NCBI GenBank assembly: GCA_051362555.1 | Contig: CM120641.1 | Location: 30,572,401-30,636,400, forward strand | Reading direction: 5' to 3' | From: Lingula anatina | Taxonomy: Eukaryota > Animalia > Brachiopoda | Length of the DNA stretch: 64,000 nucleotides | Program-made: the position numbers and the translations under genes | The notes under the pieces: generated by a model | The model's input: the letters and a program-made list of their open reading frames with translations, nothing else | Databases searched by the model: none | What the model was told of the DNA's origin: nothing | In this document: positions 51,901-64,000 of the stretch, piece by piece | How the letters are laid out: every line of letters begins with the position of its first letter | How positions within the stretch are numbered: position 1 is the stretch's first letter

Positions 51901-54900
51901 GCCTTAAAACAGTTAAATGTTAATAATTTTCACAAATCTTGTCTAATATTTGTGAAATTTGGATACATGATGCATAACAACAATAAAAATCTGTGATAAG
52001 CTCATCAGTTGACTGTGTCTCATAAAAAGTATTTTTTTGGACAATAAATTTGAGAAAATTGAAAATGACACTGAGAAGACTGCAAAATGCGGTGCCTTAA
52101 AACAGTTAAATGTTAATAATTTTCACAAATCTTGTCTAATATTTGTCAAATTTGGAGAGATGATGCTTAACAATAACAAAAATAACATATCCTTACTACC
52201 AATACCAGATGTAGATTCCTCCTTACAATCGGTTTCTGGAATAGGGTTTAGCACACCATTTGACAATGTCCTAAAGCTTGCCATATATACCATCTATTGT
52301 ACACATGGATGAGACATAGCATTGCTCTTGCTGTTGTCTTTTGCTGTCTGTTTTTTCTATAGGAATTAGCCCTGACCAGACAGGAAGAATCAGTTCACCA
52401 AAAAAGCCATTACGCTGTATGGAAATGGTTACCTGGAAAAAGAACAATATGTTTGAAAAAAGTGAAAATTAAATTCTAAAAATTGACAAATTTCCCACAC
52501 TAAAATAGTTGAACAGTAATTTTGATAAACTTAATCTAAACAGTTGACTGTGTCTAATAAAAAGGATATTTTCAGAACATATAAATTTGAGAAAAACTGA
52601 AAATGACATTGAAAAGACTGCCAAATGCGGTGCCTTAAAATAGTTAAATGTTAATAATTTTCAAAAATCTTGTCCAATACTTGTGAAATTTGGACAGATG
52701 ATGCATAACAATAATAAAAATCTGTGATAAGCTTATCAGTTGACAGTTGACATTTTTCAGAGCATATAAATGCGAGAAAACTGAAAATGACACTGAAAAG
52801 ACTGCCAAATTTCATGGTATAAAATATTTAAAGGTTTATATTTTTCACAAATCTTGTCCAATATTTGTGAAATTTGGACAGATGATGCATAACAATAATA
52901 AAAATCTATGATAAGCTCATCAGTTGACTGTGTCTCATGAAAAAGATTTTTTTTTGGACAATAAATTTGAGAAAACTGACAACAACACTGAAACGACTGC
53001 CAAATTCCATGGCTTAAAATAGTTAAACGTTAATATTTTTAACAAATCTTGTCCAATATTTGTGGAATTTGGAGAGATAATGCTTAACCATAATAAAAAT
53101 CTGTGATAAGCTCATCAGTTGACTGTGTCTCATGAAAAAGATTTTTTTTGGACAATTTATTTGAGAAAACTGAAAATAACACTGAAACGACTGCCAAATT
53201 CCATGGCTTTAAATAGTTAAACGTTAATAATTTTCACAAATCTTGTCTAATATTTGTGAAATTTGGACAGATGATGCATAACAACAATAAAAATCTGTGA
53301 TAAGCTCATCAGTTGACTGTGTCTCATAAAAAAGATTTTTTTTGGACAATAAAATTGAGAAAACAGAAAATGACATTGAAAAGACTGCAAAATACGGTGC
53401 CTTAAAATAGTTAAACGTTAATAATTTTCACAAGTCTTGTTCAAGATTTGTGAAATTTGGACAGATGATGCATAACAATAATAAAAATCTGTGATAAGCT
53501 CATCAGTTGACTGTGTCTCATAAAAAAGATTTTTTTTGGACAATAAAATTGAGAAAACAGAAAATGACATTGAAAAGACTGCAAAATACGGTGCCTTAAA
53601 ATAGTTAAACATTAATAATTTTCACAAGTCTTGTTCAAGATTTGTGAAATTTGGACAGATGATGCATAACAATAATAAAAATCTGTGATAAGCTCATCAC
53701 TTGACTGTATCTCATGAAAAACATTTTTCAGAGCATATAAATGTGAGAAAACTGAAAATGACATTGAAAAGACTGCCAAATTCCATGGCTTAAAATAGTT
53801 AAACGTTAATAATTTTCCCAAATCTTGTCTAATATTTGTGAAATTTGGATAGATGATGCATATCAACAATAAAAATCTGTGATAAGCTCATCAATTGACT
53901 GTGTCTCATAAAAAAGATTTTTTTGGACAATAAAATTGAGAAAACGGAAAATGACATTGAAAAGACTGCAAAATGCGGTGCCTTAAAATAGTTAAACATA
54001 AATAATTTTCACAAAACTTGTTCAATATTTGTGAAATTTGGAGAGATGATGCTTAGCAATAACAAAAATCTGTGATAAGCTTAACAGTTGACAGTGTGTG
54101 ATAGAATTGTAGTTGTTTGACATTTTGTATGTGAAGAGTGAGAATTATCTACAATATTTTTTTTTCAATTTCACAACATCTAATTAGACTCACATTAAAC
54201 ATCAAATATTATGATTTGAGTTTGTTTGTGTAAGAGGTGACAAATTACCCATAATTGTCCTCTGGAAAAGAATATATACCCATTTAAGACATCTCCTTAC
54301 TACCAATACCAGATGCAGATTCCTCCTTACAATCGGTTTCTGGAATAGGGTTTAGCACACCATTTGACAATGTCCTAAAGCTTGCCATATACCATCTATT
54401 GTAAACATGGATGAGACATAGCATTGCTCTTGCTGTTGTCTTTTGCTGTCTGTTTTTCCTATAGGAATTAGCCCTGACCAGACAGGAAGAATCAGTTCAC
54501 CAAAAAAGACATCACGCTGTATGGAAAAGGTCACCTGGAAAAAGAACAATATGTTTGATAAAAGTGAAAATTAAATTCTAAAAATTGACAAATTTCCCAC
54601 AGTAAAATAGTTGAACAATAATTTTGATAAACTTAACCTAAACAGTTGACTATGTCTAATAAAAAGGACATTTTCAGAACATGTAAATTTGAGAAATACT
54701 GAAAATGACATTGAAAAGACTGCCAAATTCCATGGCTTGAAATAGTTAAACGTAAATAATTTTCACAAAACTGAAAATGACATTGAAAAGACTGCCAAAT
54801 TCCATGGCTTAAAATAGTTAAACGTTAATAATTTTCACAAAATTTGTTCAAGATTTGTGAAATTTGGACAGATGATGCATAACAACAATAAAAATCTGTG

Positions 54901-57900
54901 ATAAGCTCATCAGTTGACTGTGTCTCATGAAAAAGATTTTTTTTTTTTGGACAATAAATTTGAGAAAACTGAAAATAACACTGAAACGACTGCCAAATTC
55001 CATGGCTTAAAATAGTTAAACGTTAATAATTTTCCCAAATCTTGTCTAATATTTGTGAAATTTGGATAGATGATGCATATCAACAATAAAAATCTGTGAT
55101 AAGCTCATCAGTTGACTGTGTCTCATGAAAAAGATTTTTTTGGACAATTAATTTGAGAAAACTGAAAATAACACTGAAACGACTGCCAAATTCCATGGCT
55201 TGAAATAGTTAAACGTTAATAATTTTCACAAATCTTGTCCAATATTTGTGAAATTTGGACAGATGATGCATCACAATAATACAAATCTGTGATAAGCTCA
55301 TCAGTTGACTGTGTCTCATGAAAAAGATTTTTTTTGGACAATTAATTTGAGAAAACTGAAAATAACACTGAAACGACTGCCAAATTCCATGGCTTGAAAT
55401 AGTTAAACGTTAATAATTTTCACAAATCTTGTCCAATAATTGTGGAAATTGGAGAGATGACGCTTAACAATAATAAAAATCTGTAATAAGCTCATCAGTT
55501 GACTGTGTCTCATGAAAAACATTTTTCAGAGCATATAAATGTGAGAAAACTGAAAATGACATTGAAAAGACTGCCAAATTCCATGGCTTAAAATAGTTAA
55601 ACGTTAATAATTTTCACAAATCTTGTCTAATATTTGTGAAATTTGGATAGATGGTGCATAACAACAATAAAAATCTGTGATAAGCTCATCAGTTGACTGT
55701 GTCTCATGAAAAAGATTTTTTTTGGACAATTAATTTGAGAAAACTGAAAATAACACTGAAACGACTGCCAAATTCCATGGCTTGAAATAGTTAAACGTTA
55801 ATAATTTTCACAAATCTTGTCTAATATTTGTAAAATTTGGATAGATGATGCATAACAATAATAAAAATCTGTGATAAACTTATCAGTTGACAGTTGACAT
55901 TTTTCAGAGCATATAAATGCGAGAAAACTGAAAATGACACTGAAAAGACTGCCAAATTCCATGGTATAAAATAGTTAAACGTTTTTATTTTTCACAAATC
56001 TTGTCCAATATTTGTAAAATTTGGACAGATGATGCATAACAATAATAAAAATCTGTGATAAGCTCATCAGTTGACTGTGTCTCATAAAAAACATTTTTCA
56101 GAGCATATAAATGTGAGAAAACTGAAAATGACATTGAAAAGACTGCCAAATTCCATGGTATAAAATAGTTAAACGTTAATATTTTTAACAAATCTTGCCC
56201 AATATTTGTGGAATTTGGAGAGATGATGCTTAACAATAATAAAAATCTGTGATTAGCTCATCAACGTACTGTGTCTCATGAAAAAATTTTTTCAGAGCAT
56301 ATAAATGTGAGAAAATTGAAAATGACATTGAAAAGACTGCCAAATTCCATGGCTTAAAATAGTTAAACGTTAATAATTTTCACAAATCTTGTCTAATATT
56401 TGTGAAATTTGGATAGATGATGCATAACAACAATAAAAATCTGTGATAAGCTCATCAGTTGATTGTGTTTCAAAAAAAAAAAGATTTTTTTGGACAATAA
56501 AATTGAGAAAACTGAAAATGACATTGAAAAGACTGCAAAATGCGGTGCCTTAAAATAATTAAACATTAATAATTTTCACAAATCTTGTTCAATATTTGTG
56601 AAATATGGACAGATGATGCAAAACAATAATAAAAATCTTTGATAAGCTTATCAGTTGACAGTTGACATTTTTCAGAGCACATAAATGTGAGAAAACTGAA
56701 AATGACACTGAAAAGACTGTCAAATTCCAAGGTATAAAATAGTTAAACGTTTATATTTTTCACAAATCTTGTCCAATATTTGTGGAATTTGGAGAGATGA
56801 TGTTTAACATAATAAAAATCTGTGATAAGCTCATCAGTTGACTGTGTCTCATAAAAAAGATTTTTTTGGACAATAAAATTGAGAAAACTGATTATGACAT
56901 TGAAAAGACTGCAAAATGCGGTGCCTTAAAATAGTTAAAGGTTAATAATTTTCACAAATCTTGTCTAATATTTGTGAAATTTGGATACATGATGCATAAC
57001 AACAATAAAAATCTGTGATAAGCTCATCAGTTGACTGTGTCTCATAAAAAGTATTTTTTTGGACAATAAATTTGAGAAAATTGAAAATGACACTGAGAAG
57101 ACTGCAAAATGCGGTGCCTTAAAACAGTTAAATGTTAATAATTTTCACAAATCTTGTCTAATATTTGTCAAATTTGGAGAGCTGATGCTTAACAATAACA
57201 AAAATAACATATCCTTACTACCAATACCAGATGTAGATTCCTCCTTACAATCGGTTTCTGGAATAGGGTTTAGCACACCATTTGACAATGTCTTAAAGCT
57301 TGCCATATATACCATCTATTGTACACATGGATGAGACATAGCATTGCTCTTGCTGTTGTCTTTTGCTGTCTGTTTTTTCTATAGGAATTAGCCCTGACCA
57401 GACAGGAAGAATCAGTTCACCAAAAAAGCCATTACGCTGTATGGAAAAGGTCACCTGGAAAAAGAACAATATGTTTGAAAAAAGTGAAAATTAAATTCTA
57501 AAAATTGACAAATTTCCCACACTAAAATAGTTGAACAGTAATTTTGATAAACTTAATCTAAACAGTTGACTGTGTCTAATAAAAAGGATATTTTCAGAAC
57601 ATATAAATTTGAGAAAAACTGAAAATGACATTGAAAAGACTGCCAAATGCGGTGCCTTAAAATAGTTAAATGTTAATAATTTTCAAAAATCTTGTCCAAT
57701 ATTTGTGAAATTTGGACAGATGATGCATAACAATAATAAAAATCTGTGATAAGCTTATCAGTTGACAGTTGACATTTTTCAGAGCATATAAATGCGAGAA
57801 AACTGAAAATGACACTGAAAAGACTGCCAAATTCCATGGCTTAAAATAGTTAAACGTTAATATTTTTAACAAATCTTGTCCAATATTTGTGGAATTTGGA

Positions 57901-60900
57901 GAGATAATGCTTAACCATAATAAAAATCTGTGATAAGCTCATCAGTTGACTGTGTGTCATGAAAAAGATTTTTTTTGGACAATTTATTTGAGAAAACTGA
58001 AAATAACACTGAAACGACTGCCAAATTCCATGGCTTAAAATAGTTAAACGTTAATAATTTTCACAAATCTTGTCTAATATTTGTGAAATTTGGACAGATG
58101 ATGCATAACAACAATAAAAATCTGTGATAAGCTCATCAGTTGACTGTGTCTCATAAAAAAGATTTTTTTTGGACAATAAAATTGAGAAAACAGAAAATGA
58201 CATTGAAAAGACTGCAAAATACGGTGCCTTAAAATAGTTAAACGTTAATAATTTTCACAAGTCTTGTTCAAGATTTTTGAAATTTGGACAGATGATGCAT
58301 AACAATAATAAAAATCTGTGATAAGCTCATCAGTTGACTGTGTCTCATAAAAAAGATTTTTTTTGGACAATAAAATTGAGAAAACAGGAAATGACATTGA
58401 AAAGACTGCAAAATACGGTGCCTTAAAATAGTTAAACGTTAATAATTTTCACAAGTCTTGTTCAAGATTTGTGAAATTTGGACAGATGATGCATAACAAT
58501 AATAAAAATCTGTGATAAGCTCATCACTTGACTGTATCTCATGAAAAACATTTTTCAGAGCATATAAATGTGAGAAAACTGAAAATGACATTGAAAAGAC
58601 TGCCAAATTCCATGGCTTAAAATAGTTAAACGTTAATAATTTTCCCAAATCTTGTCTAATATTTGTGAAATTTGGATAGATGATGCATATCAACAATAAA
58701 AATCTGTGATAAGCTCATCAGTTGACTGTGTCTCATGAAAAAGATTTTTTTTGGACAATTAATTTGAGAAAACTGAAAATAACACTGAAACGACTGCCAA
58801 ATTCCATGGCTTGAAATAGTTAAACGTTAATAATTTTCACAAATCTTGTCCAATATTTGTGAAATTTGGACAGATGATGCATCACAAAAATACAAATCTG
58901 TGATAAGCTCATCAGTTGACTGTGTCTCATGAAAAAGATTTTTTTTGGACAATTAATTTGAGAAAACTGAAAATAACACTGAAACGACTGCCAAATTCCA
59001 TGGCTTAAAATAGTTAAACGTTAATAATTTTCACAAATCTTGTCTAATATTTGTGAAATTTGGACAGATGATGCATAACAACAATAAAAATCTGTGATAA
59101 GCTCATCAGTTGACTGTGTCTCATAAAAAAGATTTTTTTTGGACAATAAAATTGAGAAAACAGAAAATGACATTGAAAAGACTGCAAAATACGGTGCCTT
59201 AAAATAGTTAAACGTTAATAATTTTCACAAGTCTTGTTCAAGATTTGTGAAATTTGGACAGATGATGCATAACAATAATAAAAATCTGTGATAAGCTCAT
59301 CAGTTGACTGTGTCTCATAAAAAAGATTTTTTTTGGACAATAAAATTGAGAAAACAGGAAATGACATTGAAAAGACTGCAAAATACGGTGCCTTAAAATA
59401 GTTAAACGTTAATAATTTTCACAAGTCTTGTTCAAGATTTGTGAAATTTGGACAGATGATGCATAACAATAATAAAAATCTGTGATAAGCTCATCACTTG
59501 ACTGTATCTCATGAAAAACATTTTTCAGAGCATATAAATGTGAGAAAACTGAAAATGACATTGAAAAGACTGCCAAATTCCATGGCTTAAAATAGTTAAA
59601 CGTTAATAATTTTCCCAAATCTTGTCTAATATTTGTGAAATTTGGATAGATGATGCATATCAACAATAAAAATCTGTGATAAGCTCATCAGTTGACTGTG
59701 TCTCATGAAAAAGATTTTTTTTGGACAATTAATTTGAGAAAACTGAAAATAACACTGAAACGACTGCCAAATTCCATGGCTTGAAATAGTTAAACGTTAA
59801 TAATTTTCACAAATCTTGTCCAATATTTGTGAAATTTGGACAGATGATGCATCACAATAATACAAATCTGTGATAAGCTCATCAGTTGACTGTGTCTCAT
59901 GAAAAAGATTTTTTTTGGACAATTAATTTGAGAAAACTGAAAATAACACTGAAACGACTGCCAAATTCCATGGCTTAAAATAGTTAAACGTTAATAATTT
60001 TCACAAATCTTGTCTAATATTTGTGAAATTTGGACAGATGATGCATAACAACAATAAAAATCTGTGATAAGCTCATCAGTTGACTGTGTCTCATAAAAAA
60101 GATTTTTTTTGGACAATAAAATTGAGAAAACAGAAAATGACATTGAAAAGACTGCAAAATACGGTGCCTTAAAATAGTTAAACGTTAATAATTTTCACAA
60201 GTCTTGTTCAAGATTTGTGAAATTTGGACAGATGATGCATAACAATAATAAAAATCTGTGATAAGCTCATCAGTTGACTGTGTCTCATAAAAAAGATTTT
60301 TTTTGGACAATAAAATTGAGAAAACAGGAAATGACATTGAAAAGACTGCAAAATACGGTGCCTTAAAATAGTTAAACGTTAATAATTTTCACAAGTCTTG
60401 TTCAAGATTTGTGAAATTTGGACAGATGATGCATAACAATAATAAAAATCTGTGATAAGCTCATCACTTGACTGTATCTCATGAAAAACATTTTTCAGAG
60501 CATATAAATGTGAGAAAACTGAAAATGACATTGAAAAGACTGCCAAATTCCATGGCTTAAAATAGTTAAACGTTAATAATTTTCCCAAATCTTGTCTAAT
60601 ATTTGTGAAATTTGGATAGATGATGCATATCAACAATAAAAATCTGTGATAAGCTCATCAGTTGACTGTGTCTCATAAAAAAGATTTTTTTGGACAATAA
60701 AATTGAGAAAACGGAAAATGACATTGAAAAGACTGCAAAATGCGGTGCCTTAAAATAGTTAAACATAAATAATTTTCACAAAACTTGTTCAATATTTGTG
60801 AAATTTGGAGAGATGATGCTTAGCAATAACAAAAATCTGTGATAAGCTTAACAGTTGACAGTGTGTGATAGAATTGTAGTTGTTTGACATTTTGTATGCG

Positions 60901-63900
60901 AAGAGTGAGAATTATCTACAATATTTTTTTTTCAATTTCACAACATCTAATTAGACTCACATTAAACATCAAATATTATGATTTGAGTTTGTTTGTGTAA
61001 GAGGTGACAAATTACCCATAATTGTCCTCTGGAAAAGAATATATACCCATTTAAGACATCTCCTTACTACCAATACCAGATGCAGATTCCTCCTTACAAT
61101 CGGTTTCTGGAATAGGGTTTAGCACACCATTTGACAATGTCCTAAAGCTTGCCATATACCATCTATTGTAAACATGGATGAGACATAGCATTGCTCTTGC
61201 TGTTGTCTTTTGCTGTCTGTTTTTCCTATAGGAATTAGCCCTGACCAGACAGGAAGAATCAGTTCACCAAAAAAGCCATCACGCTGTATGGAAAAGGTCA
61301 CCTGGAAAAAGAACAATATGTTTGATAAAAGTGAAAATTAAATTCTAAAAATTGACAAATTTCCCACAGTAAAATAGTTGAACAATAATTTTGATAAACT
61401 TAACCTAAACAGTTGACTATGTCTAATAAAAAGGACATTTTCAGAACATGTAAATTTGAGAAATACTGAAAATGACATTGAAAAGACTGCCAAATTCCAT
61501 GGCTTGAAATAGTTAAACGTAAATAATTTTCACAAAACTGAAAATGACATTGAAAAGACTGCCAAATTCCATGGCTTAAAATAGTTAAACGTTAATAATT
61601 TTCACAAAATTTGTTCAAGATTTGTGAAATTTGGACAGATGATGCATAACAACAATAAAAATCTGTGATAAGCTCATCAGTTGACTGTGTCTCATGAAAA
61701 AGATTTTTTTTTTTTGGACAATAAATTTGAGAAAACTGAAAATAACACTGAAACGACTGCCAAATTCCATGGCTTAAAATAGTTAAACGTTAATAATTTT
61801 CCCAAATCTTGTCTAATATTTGTGAAATTTGGATAGATGATGCATATCAACAATAAAAATCTGTGATAAGCTCATCAGTTGACTGTGTCTCATGAAAAAG
61901 ATTTTTTTGGACAATTAATTTGAGAAAACTGAAAATAACACTGAAACGACTGCCAAATTCCATGGCTTGAAATAGTTAAACGTTAATAATTTTCACAAAT
62001 CTTGTCCAATATTTGTGAAATTTGGACAGATGATGCATCACAATAATACAAATCTGTGATAAGCTCATCAGTTGACTGTGTCTCATGAAAAAGATTTTTT
62101 TTGGACAATTAATTTGAGAAAACTGAAAATAACACTGAAACGACTGCCAAATTCCATGGCTTGAAATAGTTAAACGTTAATAATTTTCACAAATCTTGTC
62201 CAATAATTGTGGAAATTGGAGAGATGACGCTTAACAATAATAAAAATCTGTAATAAGCTCATCAGTTGACTGTGTCTCATGAAAAACATTTTTCAGAGCA
62301 TATAAATGTGAGAAAACTGAAAATGACATTGAAAAGACTGCCAAATTCCATGGCTTAAAATAGTTAAACGTTAATAATTTTCACAAATCTTGTCTAATAT
62401 TTGTGAAATTTGGATAGATGGTGCATAACAACAATAAAAATCTGTGATAAGCTCATCAGTTGACTGTGTCTCATGAAAAAGATTTTTTTTGGACAATTAA
62501 TTTGAGAAAACTGAAAATAACACTGAAACGACTGCCAAATTCCATGGCTTGAAATAGTTAAACGTTAATAATTTTCACAAATCTTGTCTAATATTTGTAA
62601 AATTTGGATAGATGATGCATAACAATAATAAAAATCTGTGATAAACTTATCAGTTGACAGTTGACATTTTTCAGAGCATATAAATGCGAGAAAACTGAAA
62701 ATGACACTGAAAAGACTGCCAAATTCCATGGTATAAAATAGTTAAACGTTTTTATTTTTCACAAATCTTGTCCAATATTTGTAAAATTTGGACAGATGAT
62801 GCATAACAATAATAAAAATCTGTGATAAGCTCATCAGTTGACTGTGTCTCATAAAAAACATTTTTCAGAGCATATAAATGTGAGAAAACTGAAAATGACA
62901 TTGAAAAGACTGCCAAATTCCATGGTATAAAATAGTTAAACGTTAATATTTTTAACAAATCTTGCCCAATATTTGTGGAATTTGGAGAGATGATGCTTAA
63001 CAATAATAAAAATCTGTGATTAGCTCATCAACGTACTGTGTCTCATGAAAAAATTTTTTCAGAGCATATAAATGTGAGAAAATTGAAAATGACATTGAAA
63101 AGACTGCCAAATTCCATGGCTTAAAATAGTTAAACGTTAATAATTTTCACAAATCTTGTCTAATATTTGTGAAATTTGGATAGATGATGCATAACAACAA
63201 TAAAAATCTGTGATAAGCTCATCAGTTGATTGTGTTTCAAAAAAAAAAGATTTTTTTGGACAATAAAATTGAGAAAACTGAAAATGACATTGAAAAGACT
63301 GCAAAATGCGGTGCCTTAAAATAATTAAACATTAATAATTTTCACAAATCTTGTTCAATATTTGTGAAATATGGACAGATGATGCAAAACAATAATAAAA
63401 ATCTTTGATAAGCTTATCAGTTGACAGTTGACATTTTTCAGAGCACATAAATGTGAGAAAACTGAAAATGACACTGAAAAGACTGTCAAATTCCAAGGTA
63501 TAAAATAGTTAAACGTTTATATTTTTCACAAATCTTGTCCAATATTTGTGGAATTTGGAGAGATGATGTTTAACATAATAAAAATCTGTGATAAGCTCAT
63601 CAGTTGACTGTGTCTCATAAAAAAGATTTTTTTGGACAATAAAATTGAGAAAACTGATTATGACATTGAAAAGACTGCAAAATGCGGTGCCTTAAAATAG
63701 TTAAAGGTTAATAATTTTCACAAATCTTGTCTAATATTTGTGAAATTTGGATACATGATGCATAACAACAATAAAAATCTGTGATAAGCTCATCAGTTGA
63801 CTGTGTCTCATAAAAAGTATTTTTTTGGACAATAAATTTGAGAAAATTGAAAATGACACTGAGAAGACTGCAAAATGCGGTGCCTTAAAACAGTTAAATG

Positions 63901-64000
63901 TTAATAATTTTCACAAATCTTGTCTAATATTTGTCAAATTTGGAGAGCTGATGCTTAACAATAACAAAAATAACATATCCTTACTACCAATACCAGATGT
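39960..64000 (+). repeat. ~194-bp satellite DNA array (roughly 100 monomers, continuing past the window end) with interspersed cassettes and higher-order repeats
   Basis: 194-bp period (gagaaaa at 41271 and 41465). Consensus includes GAAAATGACATTGAAAAGACTGCCAAATTCCATGGCTTAAAATAGTTAAACGTTAATAATTTTCACAAATCTTG...TGTGATAAGCTCATCAGTTGACTGTGTCTCAT. Confidence 0.98.
42180..42445. repeat. ~265-bp non-satellite cassette repeated within the satellite (also ~44041, 47080, 49731, 52186, 54290, 57208, 61057, 63974; partial at ~39880 and ~40820)
   Basis: Near-identical CCTTACTACCAATACCAGATG...GGGTTTAGCACACCATTTGACAATG...GCCCTGACCAGACAGGAAGAATCAG...GGTCACCTGGAAAAAGAACAATATG at each position. Confidence 0.95.

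Noticed and set aside
42031-63003. Repeated 64-110 aa ORFs (MDNKFEKIEND..., MLSIISPNST..., MLICIIYPNF...) as a tandem gene family
   Set aside because: They are chance frames through satellite monomers and junctions, many starting at non-ATG codons. They recur only because the DNA is repeated.

Overview
AT-rich eukaryotic, non-genic-looking DNA, most consistent with a marine invertebrate animal genome. No prokaryotic genes, CRISPR arrays, rRNA or intact long ORFs were found. The first ~37 kb is a nested transposon mosaic. It holds a decayed Tc1 transposase, two paralogous 46-bp minisatellite arrays, several Helentron-associated (HINE/DINE-1-like) elements and a very young 3.6-kb non-autonomous LTR element (540-bp LTRs, AGAG target duplication). 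That LTR element has no gag/pol but keeps a splice architecture that could encode a small peptide. The mosaic also has a TA-flanked Tc1/mariner-pogo-type non-autonomous transposon, several MITEs (two 168-bp hAT-like ones with 5-bp TSDs), LINE and SINE remnants, and a few candidate spliced exons. From ~37-40 kb to the window end lies the edge of a ~194-bp satellite array. It is periodically interrupted by a conserved ~265-bp non-satellite cassette and is organised into higher-order repeats (970 bp, 6767 bp). Most ORF-track entries are by-products of repeats. All family assignments come from reading the sequence by eye, without database searches.
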